Shown: piece by piece, positions 17,701 through 29,700 of the stretch | Layout of the letters: the number at the start of each line of letters is the position of its first letter | How positions within the stretch are numbered: the stretch's first letter is position 1 | Assembly (NCBI GenBank): GCA_030431515.1 | Contig: JAUIIX010000001.1 | Coordinates: forward strand, 133,366 to 197,365 | DNA: 64,000 nt | DNA from: a bacterium | GTDB lineage: Bacteria; Bacteroidota; Ignavibacteria; Kapaibacteriales; UBA2268 | Direction of reading: 5' to 3' | Notes under the pieces: model-generated | Databases searched by the model: none | What the model was told of the DNA's origin: nothing | Seen by the model: only the letters and a program-made list of their open reading frames with translations | Program-made: the position numbers and the translations under genes

Positions 17701-18118
17701 TGTACATCAAATCCCTTCTTGCAACAAATTTAGTTTTTATAGGTAATTTATGAGATGCAAGACGAAGTGCTTCTTCAGCTCTTTCTCTACTTACACCATC
17801 AATTTCGAATAATATTCTACCTGGTTTAACAACAGCAACCCAAGCTTCAAATCCACCTTTACCTTTACCCATTCTTGTTTCTAATGGTTTTTTAGATATT
17901 GGTTTATCTGGAAATATTTTTATCCAAACTTTACCTTCTCTCTTTAAATACCTATTAATAGCAATACGCGCAGACTCTATAGTTCTATTAGTTATCCAAT
18001 GTGGCTCTAAAGCTTTTAGACCATAAGAACCGAATGCTAATTGAGAACCTCTAAGGGATTTCCCTTTCATTCTCCCGCGATGCGAACTTCTTCTTTTTAT
18101 TCTTTTAGGACTTAACAT
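17690..18118 (-). CDS. rplP: 50S ribosomal protein L16
   Basis: [19 protein letters not shown]...[10 protein letters not shown]...[24 protein letters not shown] is canonical L16. Confidence 0.95.
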   Translation of the reverse strand: MLSPKRIKRRSSHRGRMKGKSLRGSQLAFGSYGLKALEPHWITNRTIESARIAINRYLKREGKVWIKIFPDKPISKKPLETRMGKGKGGFEAWVAVVKPGRILFEIDGVSRERAEEALRLASHKLPIKTKFVARRDLMYNES

Positions 18119-18133
18119 TTTTAATCACTTTTA

Positions 18134-18772
18134 TTAATTATCTCTTTTACCAATAACTTCGCCTTTACATATCCATACTTTAACACCAATCGCACCATAA
18201 ATAGTGTGAGCAGTTGCTGTACCATAATCGATATCAGCTCTCAAAGTATGTAAAGGAGTACGACCTTCTTTATATTGTTCTGTACGAGCCATTTCCGCTC
18301 CACCCAATCTACCAGCAGCCATAACTTTTATTCCTTCGGCTCCCATTCTCATAGTAGATGAGATTGCTTGCTTTAATGCTCTTCTGAACGATACTCTACC
18401 TTCTAATTGGTTAGCAATATTTTCAGCTACAAGTAAGGCGTCTAATTCTGGTCTTTTGATTTCGTGAATCAATATTTTGATAGCTCTTCCAGTCAATTTT
18501 TTTAGTTCTTCTTCAAGAGAAGTAATGTCTTTTCCAGACTTACCGATGATAACACCTGGTCTTGAAGTATAAACTGTAATACGGAGTTGTTTTGCAGTTC
18601 TTTCTACAATAATTCTAGAGATGCCGGCTTTTTGCTTACGAGTTCTGATATATTCTCTTACTCGTAAATCTTCATATAGCTTTTCAGCCATTTCTTTTTC
18701 ATCAAACCAGTTTGCATCCCAGCTTCTTGTGATGCCTAATCTTATTCCAATAGGATTAACTTTTTGTCCCAA
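18134..18772 (-). CDS. rpsC: 30S ribosomal protein S3
   Basis: MGQKVNPIGIRLGITRSWDANWF... KH domain and C-terminal GRLGGAEMARTEQYKEGRTPLHTLRADIDYG. Confidence 0.95.
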   Translation of the reverse strand: MGQKVNPIGIRLGITRSWDANWFDEKEMAEKLYEDLRVREYIRTRKQKAGISRIIVERTAKQLRITVYTSRPGVIIGKSGKDITSLEEELKKLTGRAIKILIHEIKRPELDALLVAENIANQLEGRVSFRRALKQAISSTMRMGAEGIKVMAAGRLGGAEMARTEQYKEGRTPLHTLRADIDYGTATAHTIYGAIGVKVWICKGEVIGKRDN

Positions 18773-18782
18773 AACTAACTCC

Positions 18783-19136
18783 TTAATTCTCTTTTGTTGC
18801 TACAACAATTGTTAAATGATTAGATCTTTTTCTAATTCTATATGCTCTACCTTGTGGGGCAGGTAACATTCTTTTCATAGTTACACCTTGATCAACTGTA
18901 ACCGTTTTCACATAAATTTTATCATCATGAATATTCTCTTCTTTCTCAAAAGCTTTGTTTGTCAAGTTGCTTATTGCAGATTTTAAAGTCTGTTCAGCCA
19001 CATGAGAAGCTAATTGAGGAGATAATCTTAAAATATTCAGAGCATCATTCACTTTTTTTCCTCTGATTAAGTCAATGACTAATCGCATTTTACGAGGTGA
19101 TGATCTTATGTGTCTTTTTATAGCTTGAGCTTCCAT
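18783..19136 (-). CDS. rplV: 50S ribosomal protein L22
   Basis: IRSSPRKMRLVIDLIRGKKVNDALNIL...QGRAYRIRKRSNHLTIVV is canonical L22. Confidence 0.95.
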   Translation of the reverse strand: MEAQAIKRHIRSSPRKMRLVIDLIRGKKVNDALNILRLSPQLASHVAEQTLKSAISNLTNKAFEKEENIHDDKIYVKTVTVDQGVTMKRMLPAPQGRAYRIRKRSNHLTIVVATKEN

Positions 19137-19152
19137 TTGCCATTAACCTAAT

Positions 19153-19434
19153 TTATTTTTTTCTATCTTCTTTTCTGTGACCAGAGTGACCTCTATAAAG
19201 TCTTGTCGGAGCGAATTCACCTAATTTGTGTCCAACCATATTTTCAGTTACATATACAGGAATAAAATTTTTCCCATTATGAACAGAAATAGTATGTCCT
19301 ACAAATTCTGGTGTAATCATAGATGCTCTTGACCACGTTTTAACAACTTCCTTCTTGTTAGATTCATTTAATTTATCAATCTTACTTTGAAGTTTATAAT
19401 ATACAAAAATACCTTTTTTAAGCGATCTTGACAT
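19153..19434 (-). CDS. rpsS: 30S ribosomal protein S19
   Basis: [11 protein letters not shown]...[46 protein letters not shown] is canonical S19. Confidence 0.95.
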   Translation of the reverse strand: MSRSLKKGIFVYYKLQSKIDKLNESNKKEVVKTWSRASMITPEFVGHTISVHNGKNFIPVYVTENMVGHKLGEFAPTRLYRGHSGHRKEDRKK

Positions 19435-19446
19435 AAATTTTATCCA

Positions 19447-20286
19447 TTATTTATCTTTTCTACGTCTTATAATTAGACTTGAACTTGCTTTTTTAGTTCT
19501 TCTAGTTTTCAATCCTTTAGCTAATTGACCCCAAGGTGAACGTGGATGTTTTCTACCACCACCTGATTTGGATCTACCTTCACCACCACCCATAGGGTGA
19601 TCGACAGGGTTCCTAACCATACCTCTTGTTACAGGTCTTCTACCCAACCATCTACTTCTACCAGCTTTTCCTAATGACAAGTTAAAGTGTTCAGAATTAC
19701 TAACAGTTCCTAGAGTAGCCCAACATAATTTCGGAACTAATCTCATTTCACCTGATGGTAACTTAATTTGAGCATATTTACCTTCAAATCCTACTAAACT
19801 TACAGATGAACCTGCACTTCTTGCCATTTGACCACCTTTTCCTGGTTTCATTTCCACATTGTGGATAATCAAACCAACAGGTATTTTTTCTAATGGAAGA
19901 GCATTACCATCGTTGTATTCAGCTGTTTCACTTGCTATAATTTTTGAACCTACTTTTAATTTATCAGGTGCAATTATATAACAGTGTTCACCATCTTCAT
20001 ACTTTACAAGAGCTATTCTTGCAGTTCTATTTGGATCATACTCAATAGATACAACTTCCGCAAACATATCTTTTTTGCTTCTTTTGAAATCTATAATTCT
20101 ATACTTTCTTTTGTGTCCACCACCTTTTCTACGAGAAGTAATTCTACCATAAGAGTTTCTACCACCTGATTTCTTAAGTGGTTTCAACAATGGAGCATAA
20201 GGCTTACTTGTAGTAACATCTGTGAAGTCATCTACAGAGTAAAATCTCGTTCCTGGTGTTATTGGTTTTAATACTCTTAATCCCAT
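19447..20286 (-). CDS. rplB: 50S ribosomal protein L2
   Basis: [29 protein letters not shown]...[17 protein letters not shown] is canonical L2. Confidence 0.95.
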   Translation of the reverse strand: MGLRVLKPITPGTRFYSVDDFTDVTTSKPYAPLLKPLKKSGGRNSYGRITSRRKGGGHKRKYRIIDFKRSKKDMFAEVVSIEYDPNRTARIALVKYEDGEHCYIIAPDKLKVGSKIIASETAEYNDGNALPLEKIPVGLIIHNVEMKPGKGGQMARSAGSSVSLVGFEGKYAQIKLPSGEMRLVPKLCWATLGTVSNSEHFNLSLGKAGRSRWLGRRPVTRGMVRNPVDHPMGGGEGRSKSGGGRKHPRSPWGQLAKGLKTRRTKKASSSLIIRRRKDK

Positions 20287-20304
20287 TTTAAATCTTCTAT
20301 TTTA

Positions 20305-20604
20305 TTAATCGTTAGTAGTGCCAGAAACTAAATCAATTTCATGGCCTTCTTTTAATTTTACAAACGCTTTTTTTCTTAAAGCTGTTTTCCCTCTCATCAA
20401 ACCTTTTTTGGTATGCTTTACAGATCTTTTGCCTTTAACATTAGCAGTGCGAACATCTTCCACTTCTACATCAAACATTTCTTTAACGGCTTGTTTAATC
20501 TGAATCTTATTAGCTGAAGGTTCCACATAAAAGTGATATTCTCTATCACCATTTCTGCTCATACCTTTTTCAGTCAATATAGGTTTTCTTATTATGGATA
20601 TCAT
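20305..20604 (-). CDS. rplW: 50S ribosomal protein L23
   Basis: IIRKPILTEKGM...FYVEPSANKIQIKQAVKEMFDVEVEDVRT is canonical L23; 4-nt overlap with rplD. Confidence 0.95.
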   Translation of the reverse strand: MISIIRKPILTEKGMSRNGDREYHFYVEPSANKIQIKQAVKEMFDVEVEDVRTANVKGKRSVKHTKKGLMRGKTALRKKAFVKLKEGHEIDLVSGTTND

Positions 20605-21242
20605 ACTGTTTCACTCTTATATTGCAAATTTTCTTCAATACCTTTAATCGCACTTTCCATTATGAATACTTTCTTGTGAGATAGTAAATCATAAGTAGAT
20701 ACTTGATTATATGGTCTAATATCGAATTTAGGAATATTTCTACCTGATAAATACATATTATTGTTTGAATCTGAAGTTATAAATAACAATGATTCACCTT
20801 TATAATCCAAATTCTTTAAAATTGTATTCATCTCTTTTGTTTTCGGGCTATCAAATTTAAAATCTTGTATAAATTTTGCATTATTTTCTGATATTCTTAA
20901 TGAATATGCAGACATTCTACTCAACTTATTAAGTTTTTTTGGTAACTTATAAACATAATCTCTTGGATGTGGACCATGTATGGTTCCACCACCAACCCAT
21001 AAAGGCGATCTAGTTGATCCAGCTCTTGCAGTTCCTCTACCTTTTTGTTTCCATGGTTTTTTACCACCACCAGAAACTTCGCTACGTATTTTAGTTTTAG
21101 CATTACCTTGTCTTTTATTAGCAAGGTGTGCTACAACTGCTTGATGCATAGCATTTTCATTAGGTTCGATAGCAAAAATACTATCGTTTAGTTCTAACTG
21201 ACCGGATACTTTACCGTCTTTATTATAAAGATCTACTTGCAT
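20601..21242 (-). CDS. rplD: 50S ribosomal protein L4
   Basis: SGGGKKPWKQKGRGTARAGSTRSPLWVGGGTIHGPHPRDY is canonical L4. Confidence 0.95.
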   Translation of the reverse strand: MQVDLYNKDGKVSGQLELNDSIFAIEPNENAMHQAVVAHLANKRQGNAKTKIRSEVSGGGKKPWKQKGRGTARAGSTRSPLWVGGGTIHGPHPRDYVYKLPKKLNKLSRMSAYSLRISENNAKFIQDFKFDSPKTKEMNTILKNLDYKGESLLFITSDSNNNMYLSGRNIPKFDIRPYNQVSTYDLLSHKKVFIMESAIKGIEENLQYKSETV

Positions 21243-21246
21243 ATTC

Positions 21247-21870
21247 TTATTTCTTTATAATTTCTAAATAACTATTTCTTGCGCCAGGAACACTACCTTT
21301 CACAATAATTATATTGTGTTCAGATATTACCTGGATAACTTCTAAATTTCTAACTGAAATATTGTTTCCACCAGTTCTTCCACCCATTCTCGTACCTTTA
21401 AGTACCCTAGAAGGATATGAAGATTGTCCAATTGAACCTGGGTGTCTTTGTCTGTCTGACTGACCGTGAGTTGCCATTCCTACTCCAGCAAATCCGTGAC
21501 GCTTCATAACACCTTGGAAACCTTTTCCTTTTGACTTACCTGTTATTTTAATTTTATCACCAGCAACAAATTGCTCAACTGTTAAAATCTCTCCAACACC
21601 TAAAGTAGATTCATAATCTCTAAATTCTTTAAGTAAGTAAGTTGGTTTTACTCCGGCTTTATTAAAATGACCCATTATAGGTGAATTTACATTCTTAGGT
21701 GATTTTTCATCAAATCCTAATTGAATTGCCGAATAACCATCATTTTCTTTAGATTTAACTTGCACAACAGGGCAGGGTCCTGCTTCTATTACGGTACATG
21801 GGTGTAATTTTCCCTCTGGACCGTAAACACTTGTCATGCCTACTTTTTTACCTAATATAGCTGCTTTCAT
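21247..21870 (-). CDS. rplC: 50S ribosomal protein L3
   Basis: ILGKKVGMTSVY...GKSKGKGFQGVMKRHGFAG...THGQSDRQRHPGSIG is canonical L3. Confidence 0.95.
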   Translation of the reverse strand: MKAAILGKKVGMTSVYGPEGKLHPCTVIEAGPCPVVQVKSKENDGYSAIQLGFDEKSPKNVNSPIMGHFNKAGVKPTYLLKEFRDYESTLGVGEILTVEQFVAGDKIKITGKSKGKGFQGVMKRHGFAGVGMATHGQSDRQRHPGSIGQSSYPSRVLKGTRMGGRTGGNNISVRNLEVIQVISEHNIIIVKGSVPGARNSYLEIIKK

Positions 21871-21884
21871 TTTATATCTAATCC

Positions 21885-22193
21885 TTAAACTTTTACTTCC
21901 ACATCAACACCAGCTGGTAACTCAAGATTCATTAAAGAATCTACCGTTTTCTGTGTGGAGCTAAAGATATCAATCAATCTTTTGTGTACTTTTGTTTCAA
22001 ACTGTTCTCTTGACTTCTTATCTACGTGAGGTGATCTATTTACAGTATAAACAGTTCTTTTAGTAGGTAATGGAATTGGTCCACTTACTACTGCACCTGA
22101 TTGTTTAACTGTTTTCACAATCCTTTCACTTGATTTATCAATCAAGTTATGATCATAAGACTTCAACTTAATTCTAATTTTTTGAGTCGCCAC
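21885..22193 (-). CDS. rpsJ: 30S ribosomal protein S10
   Basis: [42 protein letters not shown]...[14 protein letters not shown] is canonical S10. Confidence 0.95.
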   Translation of the reverse strand: MATQKIRIKLKSYDHNLIDKSSERIVKTVKQSGAVVSGPIPLPTKRTVYTVNRSPHVDKKSREQFETKVHKRLIDIFSSTQKTVDSLMNLELPAGVDVEVKV

Positions 22194-22207
22194 TATAATT
22201 TCCTTTT

Positions 22208-22248
22208 AAAATAAAAAGTATAGAGATAGTAGATATTACTATCTCTAT
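22208..22248 (-). terminator. Hairpin/terminator between tuf and rpsJ
   Basis: Perfect 12-bp inverted repeat ATAGAGATAGTA / TACTATCTCTAT (22220..22231 and 22237..22248) with a 5-nt loop. On the minus strand it is followed by ACTTTTTATTTT and begins 8 nt after the tuf stop. Confidence 0.6.
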
Positions 22249-22255
22249 TACATTA

Positions 22256-23464
22256 TTATTCAATAATACTAATTACAACACCAGCACCAACAGTTCTTCC
22301 ACCTTCTCTAATCGCAAAGTTTAATCCATCTTCCATTGCTATTGGAGCAATTAATTCGATAGTTACTTTGTCTAAGTTATCACCAGGCATAACCATTTCA
22401 GTTCCTTCTGGTAAATGCAATGAACCTGTTACATCAGTTGTTCTAAAATAAAATTGTGGTCTGTATCCAGAGAAGAATGGTGTGTGTCTTCCACCTTCAT
22501 CTTTTTTCAATACGTAAACTTGAGCCATAAATTTATGGTGAGGAGTGATTGTACCTGGTTTACAGATTACCATACCTCTTTGAATTTCAGCTTTATCTAC
22601 ACCACGTAATAATAAACCTACGTTATCACCAGCTTGACCTTGATCTAATAATTTTCTAAACATCTCTACACCTGTACAAGTTGTTTTCTTTTTAAGACCA
22701 AATCCTACTAACTCAACCTCTTCGTTTACATTTACAATTCCTCTATCAATCTTACCTGTTGCAACTGTTCCTCTACCTGTGATAGAGAAAACGTCCTCAA
22801 CTGGCATCAAGAATGGTTTTTCAACGTCTCTGATTGGCTCAGGGAAGTATTCATCTACAGCATCCATAAGATCATAGATACATTTTAAATCTGGATGATT
22901 TACATCAGTATCTGGCGACATACCAGCGTCTAATGCTTTTAAAGCAGATCCGTAAACGATTGGAATATCGTCACCTGGGAAGTCGTAAGAACTTAATAAT
23001 TCTCTTAATTCCATTTCAACTAATTCTAATAATTCAGGGTCAGCTATATCAACTTTGTTCAAGAAAACTACAATACGAGGAACACCTACTTGACGAGCTA
23101 AAAGGATATGCTCTCTTGTTTGAGGCATTGGTCCATCAGTAGCAGCACATACTAAAATAGCACCATCCATTTGAGCAGCACCTGTAATCATGTTCTTAAC
23201 ATAATCGGCGTGACCAGGACAATCTACGTGAGCATAGTGTCTGTTATCAGTTTCATATTCAACGTGTGAAGTTGCAATAGTTATACCACGTGCTTTTTCT
23301 TCTGGTGCGTTATCGATTGAATCAAACGATCTACCAGCTCCACCCATTTTCTTTGCTAACGCTACAGTTATTGCAGCTGTTAATGTTGTTTTACCATGGT
23401 CAACGTGGCCAATTGTTCCTACGTTAACGTGTGGTTTACTTCTTTCAAATTTTTCTTTAGCCAT
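22256..23464 (-). CDS. tuf: Elongation factor Tu
   Basis: [22 protein letters not shown] GTPase motifs; full-length 402 aa, canonical EF-Tu throughout. Confidence 0.97.
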   Translation of the reverse strand: MAKEKFERSKPHVNVGTIGHVDHGKTTLTAAITVALAKKMGGAGRSFDSIDNAPEEKARGITIATSHVEYETDNRHYAHVDCPGHADYVKNMITGAAQMDGAILVCAATDGPMPQTREHILLARQVGVPRIVVFLNKVDIADPELLELVEMELRELLSSYDFPGDDIPIVYGSALKALDAGMSPDTDVNHPDLKCIYDLMDAVDEYFPEPIRDVEKPFLMPVEDVFSITGRGTVATGKIDRGIVNVNEEVELVGFGLKKKTTCTGVEMFRKLLDQGQAGDNVGLLLRGVDKAEIQRGMVICKPGTITPHHKFMAQVYVLKKDEGGRHTPFFSGYRPQFYFRTTDVTGSLHLPEGTEMVMPGDNLDKVTIELIAPIAMEDGLNFAIREGGRTVGAGVVISIIE

Positions 23465-23509
23465 CTTTGAAAGCTCCCTAATTTATTTAGTTAAATAAAA
23501 TTATTTTAA

Positions 23510-25555
23510 TTATCTTTTTTCTGCGGCTTCGTAGTGTGAGAATATCATTGAATATGATGCTCTACCCTGACTAACCGACCTTAATTTAGTTACATAACCG
23601 AACATTTCTGATAAAGGTGCTTTTGCACTTATAAATTGCTGCACTCCTCTTTGCTCTACGTTTTCAACGCGACCACGTCTTGAGTTTATATCAGCAATTA
23701 CTTCACCAAGATATTCATTCGGACTTGTGATTTCTACTTTAAATATTGGTTCTAATAACTGAGTACCTAAACTCCTTGTCGCTTCTTTTACTGCAAGCGA
23801 TCCCGCTATCTTCATCCCTATTTCAGTTACTTTATCTTTTTCAACGTTTGTAGATAATATTTTAACTACTACATCTTCTATTGGGTAACCTTGAGGTCCA
23901 ATATTTAGAGCTTCTTTAACTCCATTTTCACAAGATTTTAATATCATACTATTAAGAACTTTTTCGCTAATCTCGTTTATAACTTCGATTCCTTTCCCTC
24001 TATCATTCGGACTTATTTCTATTTGAACATTACCAAACTGATTTTTTCCAGCAATCACGTTTTCGAAATTTGCTTCCTGCTTCATAGAAGCAGTTATTGT
24101 TTCTCTATAAGAAACTTGTGGTTTTCCAACTCTTACAGGAATTTTAAATTCCCTCATTAGTCTATCCACAACTATTTCTAAATGAAGTTCCCCAACACCG
24201 CTTAATATTAATTGACCACTCTCTTCATCAAATGAATATTTCAGAGTTGGATCTTCGTCGCTAATTTTCTCTAAAACAACTAACAACTTATCCTGATCAG
24301 CTAATGTTTTGGCTTCTATTGCTTGATTGATTACCGGTACAGAGAACTTTATATTTTCATAAAGCAAAGCACCATTTAATTCAGTCAATGTATCACCAGT
24401 CTTAGTAAACCTAAGTGATGGTAATGCTACAATATCGCCAGAGTAAGCTTCTTTTAGTTCTAACCTTTTGTTAGACTCCATTTTAATTATTTTAAGAACT
24501 TTTTCTTTTTTATTTTCACCAACATTAAGAATACTTTCGCCGACAGATAACTTACCAGAATAAATTCTAATATATGTTAACTTGCCCACAAAAGGATCAG
24601 TTGTTGTTTTAAATGCTAAACTTGAAAATTTTTCATCGTCAGTTGCTTTTCGTATGATAGACAAAGAAGTATCGTTAGGATCAAATCCTACAAACTCCTC
24701 TATGTCCGCCGGTGAAGGTAAATAATAGGTAACAGCATCCAATAGGGGCTGTACACCAATATTTTTAAGAGAGGAGCCACACAATACAGGGATAATAGAA
24801 TTATTAAGCACTCCTTTTCTAACAAGACCTCTAAGATCTTCTTTAGAAATTGCTTCACCATCTAAATACTTCATCATTAAAGTTTCATCTAGTTCAACTA
24901 AGCTTTCTATCATTGCCTGCTGCAATAGCGATGCCTTTTCTTTATAACTCTCCGGAACTTCAAGCAATTCGAAACTAACACCAAAATCAGAATTATCAAA
25001 TGTAATTGCTTTGAATTCTATCAAATCAATTATACCTTTAAAACTGTCTTCAGCTCCCATAGGAAAGAAAATTGGAATTGGGTTTGCACCTAATTTTTCT
25101 CTCATCGTTCCTAAGACTCTTTCGAAGTCTGCTCCAAGACGATCCATCTTATTTATATAAGCAATCCTTGGCACATTATACTCATCGGCTTGATGCCACA
25201 CAGTTTCCGTCTGCGGCTCTACTCCACCCACTGCACAAAATACGGCTATAGCACCATCAAGAACTCTAAGAGATCTTTGTACTTCAGCAGTAAAATCTAC
25301 GTGACCAGGAGTATCAATTATATTGATAAGGTGACCTTTCCAATAGCAAGGAATAGAAGCAGAAGTAATAGTTATACCACGTTCTTTTTCTTGCTCCATC
25401 CAATCCATAAAAGCCGTACCGTCATCAACTTCACCGATTTTGTGTAGATATCCAGAATAAAACAACATACGTTCAGTAGTAGTAGTTTTACCGGCATCTA
25501 TATGTGCCATTACACCAATATTTCGAGTATTTTCTATGTTTATTTGTCTCGACAT
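23510..25555 (-). CDS. fusA: Elongation factor G
   Basis: [25 protein letters not shown] motifs and domains II-V pattern. Sits between rpsG and tuf. Confidence 0.95.
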   Translation of the reverse strand: MSRQINIENTRNIGVMAHIDAGKTTTTERMLFYSGYLHKIGEVDDGTAFMDWMEQEKERGITITSASIPCYWKGHLINIIDTPGHVDFTAEVQRSLRVLDGAIAVFCAVGGVEPQTETVWHQADEYNVPRIAYINKMDRLGADFERVLGTMREKLGANPIPIFFPMGAEDSFKGIIDLIEFKAITFDNSDFGVSFELLEVPESYKEKASLLQQAMIESLVELDETLMMKYLDGEAISKEDLRGLVRKGVLNNSIIPVLCGSSLKNIGVQPLLDAVTYYLPSPADIEEFVGFDPNDTSLSIIRKATDDEKFSSLAFKTTTDPFVGKLTYIRIYSGKLSVGESILNVGENKKEKVLKIIKMESNKRLELKEAYSGDIVALPSLRFTKTGDTLTELNGALLYENIKFSVPVINQAIEAKTLADQDKLLVVLEKISDEDPTLKYSFDEESGQLILSGVGELHLEIVVDRLMREFKIPVRVGKPQVSYRETITASMKQEANFENVIAGKNQFGNVQIEISPNDRGKGIEVINEISEKVLNSMILKSCENGVKEALNIGPQGYPIEDVVVKILSTNVEKDKVTEIGMKIAGSLAVKEATRSLGTQLLEPIFKVEITSPNEYLGEVIADINSRRGRVENVEQRGVQQFISAKAPLSEMFGYVTKLRSVSQGRASYSMIFSHYEAAEKR

Positions 25556-25601
25556 AAAGTGTTAGGCATTTAAATTAAATTTCAAAGAACTATTAAACTT
25601 T

Positions 25602-26069
25602 TTACCACTTAAAATGAGCAAAAGCTTTGTTTGCTTCAGCCATTCTATGTGTATCGTCTTTCTTCTTAACAGAAGCACCTTCGCCTTTGTAAGCTGACAT
25701 CAATTCATTAGCCAATTTTTGAGACATAGTTTTTTCTCTTCTAGCACTAGAATAAGTTTTTAACCATCTCAAAGCTAAAGCAATTCGTCTATCTTCACGA
25801 ACCTCTACAGGAACTTGATAAGTAGCACCACCAACACGTCGAGATTTAATCTCTAATAATGGAGCGATATTAGATAACGCTTTTTTAAAGACATCCACAG
25901 GATTTTCTTCTAACTTCTCTTGAATTAAATCAAAAGAATCATATACAATTTTTCTTGCAGTATTTTTCTTACCATCGATCATAACACTATTAATGAAACG
26001 TGAAATTAACACGTCATTAAACTTAGGATCTGGCATTCTTTTTCTTTTTTCTGCTCTTTTTTTTCTCAT
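25602..26069 (-). CDS. rpsG: 30S ribosomal protein S7
   Basis: PDPKFNDVLISRFINSVMIDGKKNTARKIVY...RRVGGATYQVPVEV...MAEANKAFAHFKW is canonical S7. Confidence 0.95.
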   Translation of the reverse strand: MRKKRAEKRKRMPDPKFNDVLISRFINSVMIDGKKNTARKIVYDSFDLIQEKLEENPVDVFKKALSNIAPLLEIKSRRVGGATYQVPVEVREDRRIALALRWLKTYSSARREKTMSQKLANELMSAYKGEGASVKKKDDTHRMAEANKAFAHFKW

Positions 26070-26079
26070 TTCAATCTCT

Positions 26080-26454
26080 TTATTTTTTAGCTCGTTTAGT
26101 ACCGTACTTACTTCTACTCTTCAATCTTCCACTTACCCCTTGCGTATCACCCGCTCCACGAACGATATGATATTTAACACCTGGCAAATCCTTAACCCTT
26201 CCACCACGTACAATAACCATAGAGTGCTCTTGCAAATTGTGTCCTTCTCCACCAATATATGCAATAACCTCAAATCCACTACTTAATCTAACTTTAGCCA
26301 CCTTTCTTAAAGCCGAATTAGGCTTTTTAGGAGTAGTTGTATATACTCTTGTACATACACCTCTTCTTTGTGGGCATGACTTTAAAGCAACAGATTTAGA
26401 CGTGCTAACCTGCTTCTTTCTTCCTTTTCTTACTAATTGACTTATCGTAGGCAC
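26080..26454 (-). CDS. rpsL: 30S ribosomal protein S12 (GTG start)
   Basis: [13 protein letters not shown]...[31 protein letters not shown]...[18 protein letters not shown] is canonical S12. GGAG lies ~10 nt upstream of the GTG. Confidence 0.95.
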   Translation of the reverse strand: MPTISQLVRKGRKKQVSTSKSVALKSCPQRRGVCTRVYTTTPKKPNSALRKVAKVRLSSGFEVIAYIGGEGHNLQEHSMVIVRGGRVKDLPGVKYHIVRGAGDTQGVSGRLKSRSKYGTKRAKK

Positions 26455-26504
26455 TTAAAAAACTCCAATATAAATCTTTTTTAAATCTGCTCGTTTAGAG
26501 CTTA

Positions 26505-26536
26505 CAAAATTAGGTAAAAGATAAATAACTACCAAA
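26505..26536 (-). promoter_or_regulatory. Candidate Bacteroidota-type promoter of the str operon (TTTG-N20-TAATTTTG)
   Basis: Minus strand: TTTG (26536..26533), 20-nt spacer, TAATTTTG (26512..26505), ~50 nt upstream of the rpsL start. Matches the published -33 TTTG / -7 TAnnTTTG consensus. Confidence 0.4.
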
Positions 26537-26716
26537 CTATTTTTTAAAAAAGATTATATTATTTTATAATATCCTTGTTTTTTTTAACATTTCCATTGAT
26601 GTTTACAAGTTTAAACGAATATAAACAAAGATATATCAACAAGATAAAATTACCATACTTTTGTTTGTCGATTTTAATATTTATTAAAAAATTTTAAAAT
26701 ATTTTTTTAATTATTC

Positions 26717-29700
26717 TTATTTCGAATATAAAACTTTCAAATTCTTACTTCTACCATTCAATTTTAATTGAATATTATACATAGAATTTGAAGTAATATT
26801 CTCATTTTTCCAAGGATTCCATTCAAAATAGTATTTTCCAGCACTATAAATTTGATTTTCAATTGTTTCAACTTCTCTACCAAACAAATCATAAACTATT
26901 ATTTCTAATTCTCCACTTTCAGGTAAGGTCGCAGAAAAAGTAACAAAATCATCAAATGGATTTGTAGAAGTCAATTCAACTACAAATTCAATATTACTCT
27001 CATTTATTAAAGTCACAATTCCAGAGGAAGTATTATCTATAGTCCCATCGATATCTTCTTGATGTAACCGATAATTATATTTTACATTAGCAAGAATGTT
27101 CTCATCAGTATATTCATATCTCTTCCCTACTGTATGATTACCTGCTCCTTGTCCATTAATCCAAGTTAATCTTTCCCAACTGTCTTCCCTTTGACTATCG
27201 AGTTTCCTCTCAAGATAAAATCCCTTATTATCAATTTCACTTTCTGTTTCCCAATATAATTCAGCTTTATTATTTCTAATGATACCATCAAATTCTGCTA
27301 ACTCAACAGGCCAATCTTCGTTTGGCAACAATCCTACTAACTTATAGCCTAATACAAGTCGAATCATAGGAATCCATATTCCTCTTGATAAGGTAAAAGT
27401 CTGTTTATCAACAGGAGATAGACCTACGAAATTATTATGTGGGAAAGCAGGATTTCCAACGTTAGGTAAAAATTGAATCCATTCATTTGAACCAGTCCTA
27501 TTTTCCATAGCAAAATGATTATCATTTAATTTTTGAGTACCTAATGTATTTAACCTTTTAAATCCATCAAACAAAGATAATTGAATATTACCTAATCCAT
27601 GAGGTTCATTTTCCTTGTCATAAACATTAGTAATTCTTGTTCCTCCTCTAAATTTACTTGCCCCAAGATTTAAAGGTGTTTGCCCTAACTGTGTTACAAC
27701 AACCCAAAATTTTCTATTGTAGAAATCAAATATATATTCTTTGTCTAATTTATATTCAACATAATCATCAAATATAATTAAAGGATTTTCATTATCATCA
27801 AACAAAACATCAGATACGCCTTTTTTTCTGTAAAAACGTGTATCTCTAATCTCTCTTCCAGGTATTCCATTTGCATCATCGTATAAGGCAATGGAAATAT
27901 CATCAGTGCTATTTCCAATTGATGGGAAATAACATCTTACACCTTTTATAGTATCATTATTTTGCAATTCAAAACGAACTGCTATTTGACCCGAACCAGA
28001 ACCACCTATGTCTCCTGTTTCTTCTTCTTGCATATTCCACAAGAAATAATCTTGATTTTGTGAACCATTGTTTTTACCCTTCAGTTTTAACCCACTCGAA
28101 AAACCATCACTTTTTATTATTTTTGGTATATCGTTATTTTGTGGATAGCTATCATAAGCCATTTCGTCATTCACGTTAAACATACCAAAACTAGACTCTC
28201 CATCACCAACTACTATATTCTTTACAAAAACATCATTATCTGGGAACCTATCAGAGTCACCAGGAAAGATGATTTTTGAACGTATTTCAAATTCACCTGT
28301 TCCAAAATGTCTAAAATTTATTGTTTGGAGATTCTTAACATAATATGACATTCCATAATGAACAGGAACGACATCAAATCTATTATAACTTGCAAAATTA
28401 TAACCTTTCTTAGTTATTCTTGTATTAATATAATATGATGGAGCCCCTCCAATCGTATTATTACTTAATGTTATACTCATTGGAATTCTTACAATTTGCG
28501 AAGGTGGTGATGAAGTATTTATTACTTGAATATTTATATCATTAATCCCAATATCTGTTGCCTCTAAATCTGAATCTCTCAGTTCAATATTATCAACAAA
28601 GAAATTATCATCATCATCAGGAATAGTATTTTTAATTCCATGTTTTGCTAATAGAGCATCATCATTAGCAAGCACTCTTACTCTAAATCTAAAATTCTCA
28701 GACATATTAAAAGGCATATTTTTAAATGTATCTGGAATTGCTATCCAATATCTTTTATAAGTTCTATCTATTCCTTCATCAAATACATTAGCTCTTAATG
28801 AATTTACATTAGGTGATTCTGGATTAGATAAAGCAGAATCAGGGTCCTCTTCCAAAAATCCTCTTCTATATCCACCAGCACCAAATACTTCTAAAGCAGC
28901 TACTTCTGTCTCAGTTTCTGCTCCGCCCCTTCTGAAGTGCATACGCCATCTCGATTCATCTGGGTTTGTAATATGAACACTCTTATCTTTTTCATCTTTA
29001 ACATAAGGATTTAGAAACTCAACCACTATTTTATCAGGGAATTGTGAACTTGCATTAGTATGGTCGAAAGTTGTAAAGATATTATTATTAAATAATACCC
29101 TTGGTTCAGGTCCAACTAATACATCATCACACCAACCAAGATCCCAATTATTTCTTTTCTCTGTTCTTTGTATAGATATTTGTATTCTCGGATTGGATGA
29201 TATTTTATTCATTCCGTCTTTTGATAATTTCTTAATATTAATAGGAAAAGAAGTTATAACATCTCCCCCTGGATTAGTTCCTGGTTCTAAACCATCTAAT
29301 GTTTTTCTATTCATTTTAATAGTTGGTGAGTGAAGTCTATAATTTTTAGCTGCGGCTATTTTTTCAGGTATCCAAGCATTTATTGAATCTTTGTTGTTAT
29401 CTATATATGATGCAAAATAAATTCCGTGTGGAGGTAAAGGGTTATCAGAAACAACATTACCATCAACAACTTCAGCACCTTTGTTTACCCATTTCATTAC
29501 AGATGGCACGGCTCTATTGTCAATAAGATGGTATTCCGTTGTATTATCATATAGTTCATCTAATCTTCTAATTACATATAAGTTTCTTGATAAAGTATCA
29601 TCATAAGTCCAGTCTTGTTCAATTATCTCGCCATTTGAACTTTCAGGAATAATAAATGCTTTAACCTCTAAATTCCCAATATGATTTATATCATCTTTAG

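Noticed and set aside
11775-26440. Numerous 60-100-aa ORFs inside the ribosomal operon (for example 11775..12020, 12762..13052, 13006..13209, 13963..14205, 16406..16633, 16977..17213, 18621..18815, 19984..20169, 20318..20503, 20921..21124, 22933..23142, 25190..25447, 25993..26286, 26237..26440)
   Set aside because: All overlap strongly supported conserved genes in other frames or strands. None has a recognisable motif or its own upstream signals.
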